A stretch of 63,444 nt of DNA, filler included, from Octopus bimaculoides (taxonomy: Eukaryota), in the NCBI RefSeq assembly GCF_001194135.2. It is 10 parts of 9 records of this genome, joined end to end, with 100 filler letters (N's around TTAATTAATTAA, not from the genome) between each part and the next. Parts side by side here need not be neighbours in the genome. Positions count along the whole stretch, not along the records: positions 27,692 to 49,006 come from NC_069002.1; 9 more parts are not named here. The stretch is one strand, 5' to 3'. This document shows positions 37,461 to 49,106 of the stretch, piece after piece. The notes beneath the pieces are model-generated. The model was given only the letters and a program-made list of their open reading frames with translations. It did no database searches and had not been told where the DNA came from. Position numbers and translations under genes: made by a program. How positions within the stretch are numbered: position 1 is the first letter of the stretch; the number at the start of each line of letters is the position of its first letter.

Positions 37461-38865
37461 AGACAGGCTTCCCCTGGAAGTTCCTCTATGCTGATGACCT
37501 TGTTCTTACAGCTGAATCACTACCAGAACTAGAGAGGAAGTTTCAGGTATGGAAGCAAGGTCTAAAATCAAAGGGCCTTAGAGTTAACCTAGCAAAAACC
37601 AAAGTCTTAGTAAGTAAGAAGGCATACAAGTTACAAATCCCTTCAAGTTGATGGCCCTGCTCAATCTGTAAGAAAGGTATAGGTAGAAACTGCATAAGAT
37701 GTACCTGGTGTAAGCTATGGACACATAAGAGGTGCAGCAATATCAAAGGAAGGTTAACATGGAAAATAGCTTTTGTGTGTGGGAGATGCACAGATACAAT
37801 AAACACCAAAAATGTACAAAAAATAGACTCCATCGACTGTAAGTGGAGTAAGGTAGAGGTAGCAGATAGCTTCCATTATCTAGGTGACCAAGTTAGTAGC
37901 AGAGGTGGATGTTCTGAGAGTGCGGCTGTGAGAGTAAGATTATGCTGGGCAAAGTTCAGAGAGCTCCTGCCTCTGTTGGCAACAAAGAGCCTCTCTCCCT
38001 CAGAATGAAAGGCAGATTGTACAATGCCTGTGTGTGTGAACAGCTTTACTACATGGCAGTGAAACATGGGCTATGACAGCTGAAGATATGAATAGTCTTG
38101 AAAGAAATGAAGCCAGTATGCTTTGCTGGATGTGCAATGTCAGTGTGCATGTATGACAGAGTGTAAACGTCTTGAGAGAAAAGTTGGGCATAAGAGGCAT
38201 CAGATGTGTTGTACAAGTGAGATGACTCCACTGGTCTGGTCATGTGATGCATATGAATGAGGACAGTTGTGTAAAGAAGTACCAATCTCTAATTGTGGTG
38301 GAAACCTATGGTAGAGATAGACCAAGGAAGACATGGGACAAGGTGGTGAAGCATGATCTTCGAATTTTGGGCCTCACAGAAGCAATGACTAGTGATTGAG
38401 ACCTTTGGCGATATGCTGTGCTTCAGAGAGCCCATCAAGCCATTGTGGCTGATGCTGGTGTCATGTAACTGGCACCCATGCTGGTGGCACATAAAAATAC
38501 CTTTCAAGCATTGGACCTCACGGAGGTAAAGAGGCTGATACTGGTGGCACATGAAAAGCTCCTTTCAAGTGTTGGGCCTCATGGAGGCAATGACTGAGAG
38601 CTTTGGCTTTGTGTCACGCTTGAGAAGAAGAGTCATCAAGCCAAGTGAAATCGTAGTCGTGGCAGATACTGGTGTCATGCAAATGGCATGTAAAAGCACT
38701 CATTACACTCTCAGAGTGGTTGGTGTAAGGAAAGGCATCCAGCCCTAGAAGCCATGCCAAATGAGACTGGAGTCTGGTGCAGCCTTCCAGCTTGCCAGCC
38801 CTGGTCAGACCGTCCAACCCATGCCAGCATGGACAAGGGACGTTAAATGATGATGATGATGATGA
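37461..38865 (+). mobile_element. 5'-truncated RTE-clade LINE (degenerate ORF2 C-terminal half + 3' UTR + (GAT)n tail)
   Basis: FLYADDLVL (YADD at 37487-37498), VNLAKTKVL, FHYLGD, LLHGSETW, LHWSGHV, RPRKTW; stops and frameshifts; tail at 38847-38865. Confidence 0.93.
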
Positions 38866-38937
38866 TATATATTTATATATGTGTGCATGTGTATGTGTGT
38901 GTATATGTATATGTATATATATGTGTGTGTGTGGGTG

Positions 38938-39033
<96 letters not shown>

Positions 39034-39073
39034 GATAGATAGATAGATATAGATATAGATATATATATATATA
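38866..39073. repeat. (TG)/(TA)n/(GATA)n compound microsatellite
   Basis: Direct reading. Confidence 0.95.
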
Positions 39074-39786
39074 ATGTAATATACAGTTTGAAGGTGAGAA
39101 GCTACTCCTAGAAATATGCAGATTTAAACATAGGTATTTATATAGGTACATAATTAACATACATATAACTATTCATACATGTACAGAAATATATATAAAT
39201 ACAGGTTAACCCTTTAGCATTTACTCTGGCCATATCCAACCAAAGTATTCTTCCAGTTTTATGTCCAAGCCAGGAGATCTGGTGTCTTACACTTACCCTA
39301 CAATGTCATTCTAAAAAATAAACAATTGCATCATAGAAATCTTGACTCTGTGAGATAATGCCTGATTAATTCAAAACAATGTGAATAAATAAGTATAACA
39401 TTTGACAGAGTAATCTGTGTACTGAAGGGTTAATGTGCATTTATTGACATATATATCAGTACAAAAATATATGAGTTAAATAACTGATAATAGGTATAAC
39501 CATAAAAACCCTGATGAAATATAAGCCTACAGAGACAGATGGACAGTCAGACACACAAACAGACAGACTGGTAGACGTAAGTAAAAAAAAAAAACTGATT
39601 AAAATCAAAGTATGTAGATAAGGAAATGATTTAGATGGGAAATGGGGGAAAGCTCAAACAACATATGCCATGAGACAAATTGTTGAGGTTATGTGACGGT
39701 AGAGACAGAGACTAATCAACATCCATCTCTTTCTGCTGCACGCACTGAGATTGGCAGTAGGCATGAATGCATGCTCTGCTATACAA

Positions 39787-39817
<31 letters not shown>

Positions 39818-40027
39818 GAAAGAAAGAGACAGAGTGATATACTCACACTCTTGGATATATATTGTAAAACAACTGCAGAGGGATCCAAACTCAGCAGATA
39901 TAAATATAACATGTGTGTCTGTGTATGTGTGTGTGCATGCGTGTGTGTGTGTGTACGTGTATGTGTGTGTTTGTGTGTGTGTGTTTGTGTGNNNNNNNNN
40001 NTGTGTGTGTGTGTGTGTGTGTGTGTG

Positions 40028-40320
40028 AAGGCACATGGCTTAGTGGTTAGGCTATTCAACCCATGATCACAACGTCATGAGTTCAATTCCCAACAATGTG
40101 TTGCATCCTTGAGCAAGACACTTTATCTCACATTGCTCCAGTCCACTCAGCTGACAAAAATGAGTAGTGCATGTATTTCTAAAGGCCAGCCTTGTAACAC
40201 TCTGTGTCATGCAGAATCTCCCTGAGAACTATGTTAACATGTCTGTGGAGTGCTCAGCCACTTGCACATTAATTTCATGAGCAAATTGTTCTATTGATTG
40301 AATCAACTGGAACCCTCATC
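40028..40320 (+). mobile_element. tRNA-derived SINE sharing the family C 3' tail but with a different central domain
   Basis: Head ggcacatggcttagtggttagg...gagttcaattccc; body ccttgagcaagacac...ccactcagctg; tail colinear with 9720-9880. Confidence 0.8.
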
Positions 40321-40357
40321 AGAGTGCCACTTATACATATGTGTGGCGGGGGGAGAT

Positions 40358-40516
40358 GTTTCATGTTAAGAATAATGTATCTCTTAAAAATTATCAAGCC
40401 TACATGGGACGTTGGTTTTTGTTTCCATCTTGGATGAAAACACTCTAAGATGGAGACAAACACCAATGTTCCAGGTTTGATAATTTTCAAGAGATATACC
40501 TTTCTTAACATGAAAC
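40358..40516. repeat. Imperfect inverted repeat, ~72-bp arms, 15-nt loop
   Basis: gtttcatgttaaga...ccatctt (40358-40431) pairs with aagatgg...tcttaacatgaaac (40447-40516). Confidence 0.85.
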
Positions 40517-40538
40517 CAATGGTAGCTAGGTTAACTGT

Positions 40539-40592
<54 letters not shown>

Positions 40593-41754
40593 NNNNNNNN
40601 NNNNNNNNNNNNNNNNNNNNNNNNNNNNNNNNNNNNNNNNNNNNNNNNNNNNNNNNNNNNNNNNNNNNNNNNNNNNNNNNNNNNNNNNNNNNNNNNNNNN
40701 NNNNNNNNNNNNNNNNNNNNNNNNNNNNNNNNNNNNNNNNNNNNNNNNNNNNNNNNNNNNNNNNNNNNNNNNNNNNNNNNNNNNNNNNNNNNNNNNNNNN
40801 NNNNNNNNNNNNNNNNNNNNNNNNNNNNNNNNNNNNNNNNNNNNNNNNNNNNNNNNNNNNNNNNNNNNNNNNNNNNNNNNNNNNNNNNNNNNNNNNNNNN
40901 NNNNNNNNNNNNNNNNNNNNNNNNNNNNNNNNNNNNNNNNNNNNNNNNNNNNNNNNNNNNNNNNNNNNNNNNNNNNNNNNNNNNNNNNNNNNNNNNNNNN
41001 NNNNNNNNNNNNNNNNNNNNNNNNNNNNNNNNNNNNNNNNNNNNNNNNNNNNNNNNNNNNNNNNNNNNNNNNNNNNNNNNNNNNNNNNNNNNNNNNNNNN
41101 NNNNNNNNNNNNNNNNNNNNNNNNNNNNNNNNNNNNNNNNNNNNNNNNNNNNNNNNNNNNNNNNNNNNNNNNNNNNNNNNNNNNNNNNNNNNNNNNNNNN
41201 NNNNNNNNNNNNNNNNNNNNNNNNNNNNNNNNNNNNNNNNNNNNNNNNNNNNNNNNNNNNNNNNNNNNNNNNNNNNNNNNNNNNNNNNNNNNNNNNNNNN
41301 NNNNNNNNNNNNNNNNNNNNNNNNNNNNNNNNNNNNNNNNNNNNNNNNNNNNNNNNNNNNNNNNNNNNNNNNNNNNNNNNNNNNNNNNNNNNNNNNNNNN
41401 NNNNNNNNNNNNNNNNNNNNNNNNNNNNNNNNNNNNNNNNNNNNNNNNNNNNNNNNNNNNNNNNNNNNNNNNNNNNNNNNNNNNNNNNNNNNNNNNNNNN
41501 NNNNNNNNNNNNNNNNNNNNNNNNNNNNNNNATATATATATATATATATATAGGTATGGTGGTGCAAACAGAGAAAATAGAACTCAAAATATGAATATGT
41601 GTACATTTTTATTAATATTTAATGGAAACAAAGTCTGAGAGTTTCATGTGTTAACACTTATCAAAATAATGCGTTGGCACTTATCAAACTAGCACAGGAA
41701 ATTCTTGCACCTTGAGTTATTGTGTTGCTTCCGCTAAATATTAAAAGAAATATA

Positions 41755-41825
41755 GGAGAGGCTGTGTGGTAAGAAGCTAGCTTTCCAACCACATGTTTCT
41801 AGGTTCAGTCCACTGCTTGGCACCT
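41755..41825 (+). mobile_element. SINE family B head fragment
   Basis: ggctgtgtggtaagaagctagctttccaaccacatgtttctaggttcagtccactgcttggcacct. Confidence 0.75.
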
Positions 41826-43037
41826 AACTGTACACAATTAACTGTTACCCATATACTAAAATCAAACCATGACACTGAGTGACCTTCCTCGACCAATCAC
41901 AGCCCACCTTATGGGAATAACAATCAGCATCTGTCATTCAAATTCAAAATGGCTGATGACTAGCATCATGCTTGAAACTCAAGAGTACCAATGAATTTGA
42001 ATCAAACTGTTTTGATACATACATACATACATACCTGTGTGTGTGTGTGTATGTCTATATATATATTTCACAGCGTTCAATACACACACACTTCTCCACG
42101 TCTGGCTGTACAGCCTTTTTGTTTGTTTATTTCACCGTTTCGTTTTCCTGTCTCGTTTTCCGTCCGCCACTATCCTCCACGAAAAAAATTTAATTTGTGT
42201 TCGTGGGAAGAGCCATTTCAACGATGCGTCCTGCCCTAACTCTTCAAAACGCCAGTGTTTTAATGGTGGCAGCTGATGAAGGATATGTTCTCTATGTGGC
42301 CTGCTTGTTTTTTTGTACCTTGTTTATCATTTTGTCCATGTTTTTTTGCAACGTCATGTACCCAGATATGTATCTATATGTACATCTAGATGAAGGTATG
42401 TACATACATGTACATATATATGCATATACTCATATATTGTTTATATANNNNNNNNNNNNNNNNNNNNNNNNNNNNNNNNNNNNNNNNNNNNNNNNNNNNN
42501 NNNNNNNNNNNNNNNNNNNNNNNNNNNNNNNNNNNNNNNNNNNNNNNNNNNNNNNNNNNNNNNNNNNNNNNNNNNNNNNNNNNNNNNNNNNNNNNNNNNN
42601 NNNNNNNNNNNNNNNNNNTATATATATATAGTGAGGGAGAGAGAGAGATAGGGACCGAGTTAAGGGAAACAACTACGATAAAATAACCCATTAAAAGTTT
42701 CATTAAAAGTTATTCCCCGTAACATCAACAGGGTATTTTGGCATATTTTGTAAGTGTGCAATGTTTGAAGTCAGTACATGTACATCTTTGTATCTTTCGT
42801 TTGATGTATTCCCATGCATATAGTTGCATATCTAGACTTGCGCATATGTACTTAAATGATACACTTCTGGAAAGTTATACAAGTTTTTACAGCTCCAGTA
42901 ATGGCATGGATCTGTCTGTCTATATGTACGTATGTATGTATGTATGTATGTATGTATGTAGGTATGTCTATATGTATGTATGTATGTATGTATGCATGTA
43001 TGTATGTAGGTATGTCTATATGTATGTATGTATGTGT

Positions 43038-43178
43038 TGTTGCATGATTAGAAAATAGCTTCCCAACCATATGGTTCCGGGATTCATGGCAACTTGAACA
43101 AATAACTTCCACTATAGCCTCGGGCCAACCAGAGCCTTGTAAGTTGATTTGATAGACAGAAACTGACAGAAGCCCGTC

Positions 43179-43209
<31 letters not shown>

Positions 43210-43407
43210 CGTACGCGTCTGTGTGTGACATGTTGTACTGGTTTGTTTACGCCCCTCTAAGATTGCAGTTCGGCAAAAACAAAAACGATAGGTTAAAAAC
43301 CAGGCTTTAAAATATGTACTGAGGTCGATTTGTTGGACTAAACCCATCAAGATGTTGCCCCAGCATGGCCCGTATTCCAATGACTGAATCAAGTAAACGA
43401 TAAAAGA
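43038..43407 (+). mobile_element. SINE family B, near full length
   Basis: Head, internal (TG)n, and tail ...gatgttgccccagcatggcc...gactgaatcaagtaaa. Confidence 0.85.
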
Positions 43408-44522
43408 TGCGTATGGATTAGTATTTAGACTGACGTTTGTATATGTCTTGATATTTATGTGTCTGTGGGTAAAGCATTCAATGGGGCATAACTCTGTCAT
43501 GACTTAATTATTCTCTCCTCTTAATTATAAATTCATTCTTTGGTCTTTCGAGGCTTTAAAAAGTTATATGTTTAAAAGTTTAAAATTTAATTTCCCTGCC
43601 TTAAGGTCCTGATTTTTATCTCACTACTCGGCCCATCAGGCAACAATCGCTTCCTAAAGCGTCTGGTCCACTGAGTATCCACGCAGATAGAAACTTATAC
43701 GTAAGCCAGTCTGTATACTTCAAAGTTACAAGGTTTGCCACACTGTCCTTAACTGAAGATTACGTTTAAATCCAAATGTGCTCTGTATATTCAGCCACGT
43801 TGACTGAAATTCAATGATTAAATAATTCAGTTTATCATACAACTGGAATATCCTTCATCAAAAGCCAACAAAGATGCCATTTACATTTGTTTGGATATTT
43901 GATGTTGTTTTTGGTTAAAATCCAAATGTTTCCAACGTAAACAGGAAGTTAAGTACCTCCAGATTTCTTCTCTTGTCTCCATTAAGTTTTTCTCGTTAAT
44001 CAAAGCCAGCATTACAAACCAAACATTACACTTCTCGCTCGTTATTCACTTATAGTACATATGCTATGTTATTCACTTATAGTACATAGTTTCTTTTCTG
44101 GGCAATTTCTAGAGCATACATTCTTAGAGACTTCCATAATTAAATCCTCTCTGGGTTGGTCAAATTATTTAGATAGGCAAAAAGTACCTGGTAAGTTCAC
44201 ATCCCACCAGGCTCAACTTAGTTTTGCGTCCTTCCAGGGTCAGTAAAGTTAAGTATCAGTCTAATGCTGACCCTTTATTCTATTCCCTAAAATTAGCTGA
44301 CCTTCTGCCCAATTCCTAAACCATTACATATACACTAAGGGCAGGAGTTTGAATCATTGGAGCAGCAAAAACATGTCTTGTGGTACCAGGTTAGGGTTCT
44401 TGACTCACTCAATTGAAATTCCATCAATTTAATCTTTCCAGGTTCATTAAATAAGATACCAGTTATATACTGAGGTCAATATTATCAATTATTCCTTCCC
44501 CCATACCCAAATATCTGGTCAG

Positions 44523-44703
44523 CAGGGACGTATATTCCAGGTGTGCTAGGTGTGCACTGCACACCCATCGAAAATAACAAATTCATTATAAATATTAACC
44601 TTACTCATTAATTTAATCACAAAACTTTGTTATACCCCTGTTTGAAATTTGGTGGCATTGAGTGTACCAGCGCACCCAATACAAGAACCATTGTATGTCC
44701 CTG
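44523..44703. mobile_element. hAT-type MITE, 181 bp, with perfect 8-bp TSD
   Basis: TIRs CAGGGACGTA / TATGTCCCTG; TSD CTGGTCAG at 44515-44522 and 44704-44711. Confidence 0.85.
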
Positions 44704-45330
44704 CTGGTCAGTGCCTCTTTTATCCCTTATTTTTCTTTGTTACTATTTATAACAGATCAATTTCCCATTGGGACATAAAAATTAATCACCAGATACTTCT
44801 CACATCAATTTTACATTATCAGCTTCAAACATAAAATATATTTCAAATTATAATTTTAAAAGTTTTAAATTCTGAAAAGCATAATTTTTATTTTAATTTC
44901 TCTTATAAATGACCAGTTCCTAACATATTTCAATAACCAAATTGTATTTACTTCAGTAGCACATACACTAAAAGAGTATCCAAATGAGAAATACTGACCC
45001 CTAACTTTAACTCCCACCCCCTATATACCTTATATTCAAGAGAGTTTTTATACGTTCAGCTTCATGCTAAGGTTTTATTTTATTTTTTTAAGTGAATGAC
45101 TACAAGACATGGTCAAGTCTGCCTTGAAGTACAAAGAGAAATCTGATGAGTCTGTCAAACAATATTACATCTCCTTTTGTTCAAATTTACTTTCTATTTC
45201 AACCAAATAGAATTTATTATTCTCTTGTGCCAAATAAATTTTACATGTTGCCAACATGGGTTGATGTGGGATTTAATAAATCAAGATATACATGCATATA
45301 TACTTACACACATACACAACATATTACATA

Positions 45331-45390
<60 letters not shown>

Positions 45391-45391
<1 letters not shown>

Positions 45392-45680
45392 GGGATAAAA
45401 ATCCAAATTTACAGGTAAAAAGTCAATTGAATTCAATTTATTAAAAATTAAAATTAAATTAAGTTTCACAGTATAAAATATAAATATATAGTTTTAGGGA
45501 AAAGAACCAAGGTTCATGAACTCATCGATGAAAATCCACTTTTTTACTTATTAATTTTTCTATATGTGACAGTGGATTTTCATCGATGAGTTCATGAACC
45601 TTCGTTCTTTTCCCTAAAACTATATATTAAAATTTTGGAGATGCACTTGCATAGCAAGTGACCTGATCTGAGATCGTGTG
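45391..45680. mobile_element. Unclassified repeat with near-perfect 57-bp inverted junction; related copy at 58814-58920
   Basis: Arms 45484-45540 and 45571-45627 differ by one mismatch; the same sequence occurs uninverted at 58814; preceded by (TAA)n. Confidence 0.75.
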
Positions 45681-45975
45681 NNNNNNNNNNNNNNNNNNNN
45701 NNNNNNNNNNNNNNNNNNNNNNNNNNNNNNNNNNNNNNNNNNNNNNNNNNNNNNNNNNNNNNNNNNNNNNNNNNNNNNNNNNNNNNNNNNNNNNNNNNNN
45801 NNNNNNNNNNNNNNNNNNNNNNNNNNNNNNNNNNNNNNNNNNNNNNNNNNNNNNNNNNNNNNNNNNNNNNNNNNNNNNNNNNNNNNNNNNNNNNNNNNNN
45901 NNNNNNNNNNNNNNNNNNNNNNNNNNNNNNNNNNNNNNNNNNNNNNNNNNNNNNNNNNNNNNNNNNNNNNNNNNA

Positions 45976-46180
45976 ATGGTGTCTTTTATGTGCCACCCGC
46001 ACAAGCCAGTCCAGGGGCACTGGCAACGATCTCGCTCGAAAATCCTACAGGAGCCAGTCAGGCGGTACTGGCAACGGCCACGCTCAAAATGGTGCATCTC
46101 ATGTGCCACCCGCACAAGAACCAGTCCAGGGGCACTGGCAACGATCTTACTTGGCTTGCCGGGTCTTCTCACGCACAGCA
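45976..46180 (-). mobile_element. RTE-associated 3' UTR minisatellite fragment
   Basis: Units gtgccacccgcac..gccagt..actggcaacga match 36430-36850 and 57870-58150. Confidence 0.75.
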
Positions 46181-46335
46181 CATTTCCAATATATATATAT
46201 ATAAAACAAAACAGGAAAGTGGAAACTTTTTGGTGTTATTTATTCTGTTACAAATGTTTCATTTGCTAATAGGAATTACAAAGATTTATATGTTATATAG
46301 ACATGTAAATTGTTGAAATTCCTAGTAAATTACAG

Positions 46336-46387
<52 letters not shown>

Positions 46388-46764
46388 ACACACACACACA
46401 CACACATAGACATACACACATGTATGTGCACACACACACACATGTGCTAGTCTCTTTTTTGCATGAATCTAAGTCCCTTGGCTCTTAGAGATAACATTGG
46501 ACAAATGCCACACTGATGATAACAATTGAAGCAGAAACATGTCCGTAACTGTCCTCTTATTGTGAAGAATTCGTGATTGGTGCAGTTATCTCCCTTCCTC
46601 ATAAAGATATATTCTCGGTTGTCATTAAATAATTATAACATATCCTCTAAAGGCAGAGATATTTTTAATAAATCAAGAATTTATATTGTATGGTATTTGA
46701 TAAACCTGTATTTCTGTTATTTAAATACATATGCCACTAGCTTCTCTGAGCCCATTTTTGTTTA

Positions 46765-46882
<118 letters not shown>

Positions 46883-46904
46883 GTGTGTGTGTGTGTGTGT
46901 ATAC

Positions 46905-46975
46905 ATTCTGTTATTTTATTACTTGTTTCAGTCATTTGATTGTGGCCATGCTGGAGCATCGCCCTGAAGGGTTTT
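46905..46975 (-). mobile_element. SINE family B 3' tail fragment
   Basis: ttacttgtttcagtcatttgattgtggccatgctggagcatcgcc. Confidence 0.75.
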
Positions 46976-47796
46976 TATTAGCTGAAATCGACCCCAAGAC
47001 TTATTTCTTTGTATGCTTAAATTTACTCAGTAATATATGGTGAACTCCATACTATCTGTTTGTTTAACTAACTTTTCAATGACCTCGCCTGGTTTAAGCT
47101 AAGCAATAAATATCTCACAAGATCCACTCCTAAGAAAAGCAATATCCCTGCTTTCTCTAATGTTAGTAGCCTCACCTCACTCTTTCGGTTGATACAATAT
47201 GTCCTCACATGCAATAAGGTCATTTGATAAAATTTGTGAATCAACTGACCTCTTTACTTGTTGACTCTGTAACACTTTGTAATAAGTGAGACAAGACAAC
47301 TCACTTCTTTCACTAGTGTTATATGTATTACTGGACATTTATANNNNNNNNNNNNNNNNNNNNNNNNNNNNNNNNNNNNNNNNNNNNNNNNNNNNNNNNN
47401 NNNNNNNNNNNNNNNNNNNNNNNNNNNNNNNNNNNNNNNNNNNNNNNNNNNNNNNNNNNNNNNNNNNNNNNNNNNNNNNNNNNNNNNNNNNNNNNNNNNN
47501 NNNNNNNNNNNNNNNNNNNNNNNNNNNNNNNNNNNNNNNNNNNNNNNNNNNNNNNNNNNNNNNNNNNNNNNNNNNNNNNNNNNNNNNNNNNNNNNNNNNN
47601 NNNNNNNNNNNNNNNNNNNNNNNNNNNNNNNNNNNNNNNNNNNNNNNNNNNNNNNNNNNNNNNNNNNNNNNNNNNNNNNNNNNNNNNNNNNNNNNNNNNN
47701 NNNNNNNNNNNNNNNNNNNNNNNNNNNNNNNNNNNNNNNNNNNNNNNNNNNNNNNNNNNNNNNNNNNNNNNNNNNNNNNNNNNNNNNNNNNNNNNN

Positions 47797-47828
<32 letters not shown>

Positions 47829-47834
47829 GATCAG

Positions 47835-48496
47835 AGAACAAACATCAAATTCAAGTCAACGACTTTATATATAACACCACGCCTCTAAACATTTGATCAT
47901 ATATAAATATTACCATGGCCTTTAAGTAATATAAAGTACATATATATAAAAAACACAGAAGGTAAAAAAAATATATATGCAAATAAAAATACAGACATAT
48001 ATAGAATGGCTTATCAAGAATGTATATATAACTGACTGAAAATTCTAAAGCATGTCATGTGACTAAAAATTTAGATAAAATAAAATATCAATCGACTAAA
48101 AAATTTTTCTTACTCTCCTCAAACAAAAAAATAAAAGAATATGTCAAGAAAGTTCATTTCATAAAAACCATGGTAGGTTGGAGTCCAGGAGCAAAAGGAG
48201 TTCCACAAAATCAAGTCAAGTACATCTATGGCCATTTCAGGAGTTCATTGCCGCGGTTCGATTACAAGTTTAGTCACATGACACGCTTTAGAATTTTTAG
48301 TCGATTGTATATACATTCTTGATAGGCCATTCTATATATCTGTATTTTCATTCACATATAGATTTTTTGCCGTCTGTGTTTTTTATGTATGTATACTTTA
48401 TATGTTTAAAGGCCATGGTAATATTTACATATGATCAAATGTTTGGAGGCATGGTGTTATATATAAAGTCATTGACTTGAATTTGATGTTTGTTCT
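47835..48496. mobile_element. Foldback/MITE-like element: ~230-bp inverted arms around a 201-bp spacer
   Basis: 47835-48067 aligns to the reverse complement of 48269-48496 with scattered mismatches; no TSD seen. Confidence 0.8.
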
Positions 48497-48732
48497 ATGT
48501 AAGAATAAAAGAATATATATATATATAAGCGGAGGTTAAGCGATGATGATGATGATATAATAATAATATAAATAATATATATATATGTATACAGGACAAG
48601 TAACACAAAGAATGACCCTTCATCAGTTGTCAGTTGTCTATCTACTCCTTATTTTGAGCATTCAACAATAAATGTAATATAATATACATATTATATGTAT
48701 AATAATATATATATATATATACACACATATAT

Positions 48733-48765
<33 letters not shown>

Positions 48766-48810
48766 AAAATTTAAGGAATGGAGAAAACGCATGTTATAAC
48801 TGCATACTTT

Positions 48811-48897
48811 ATTCCGACATATGTTTCGAAGAATTACAATTTATGCGATCCATAGGAATCGGCAATGTTAAAAATGTAAACTTCTCCTCAGGGAAAT
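48811..48897 (-). ncRNA. Type I hammerhead ribozyme motif (Penelope-like pLTR type), intact core
   Basis: Minus strand reads UUCC-CUGAGGA-[57-nt helix II, GAAG...CUUC]-GAAA-C-AUAU-G-UC|GGAA. Helix I is UUCC/GGAA; helix III is the palindrome ACAUAUGU; predicted cleavage between 48816 and 48815. Confidence 0.8.
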
Positions 48898-48926
48898 AAC
48901 CCTTACGTTTAAGATGATTCCCATGC

Positions 48927-49006
48927 ATTTCCCGGAGGAGAATTTTACATTTTTAACATCGCCGATTCCTATGGATCGCATAAATTGTAATTCTTCGAAA
49001 CATGTC
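48927..49006 (+). ncRNA. Inverted second hammerhead copy with U4G core substitution (probably inactive), truncated by gap
   Basis: atttcc-CGGAGGA...cttc-GAAA-C-AT-G-TC; near-perfect reverse complement of 48816-48897. Confidence 0.6.
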
Positions 49007-49106
49007 NNNNNNNNNNNNNNNNNNNNNNNNNNNNNNNNNNNNNNNNNNNNTTAATTAATTAANNNNNNNNNNNNNNNNNNNNNNNNNNNNNNNNNNNNNN
49101 NNNNNN

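Noticed and set aside
42270-42310. CTGATGAAGG motif within an unclassified repeat-like segment (42085-42360)
   Set aside because: No GAAA partner or helix III found; element class cannot be supported.
45118-45165. CTGATGAG motif suggesting a hammerhead
   Set aside because: No helix II and no GAAA downstream (tctgtcaaac).
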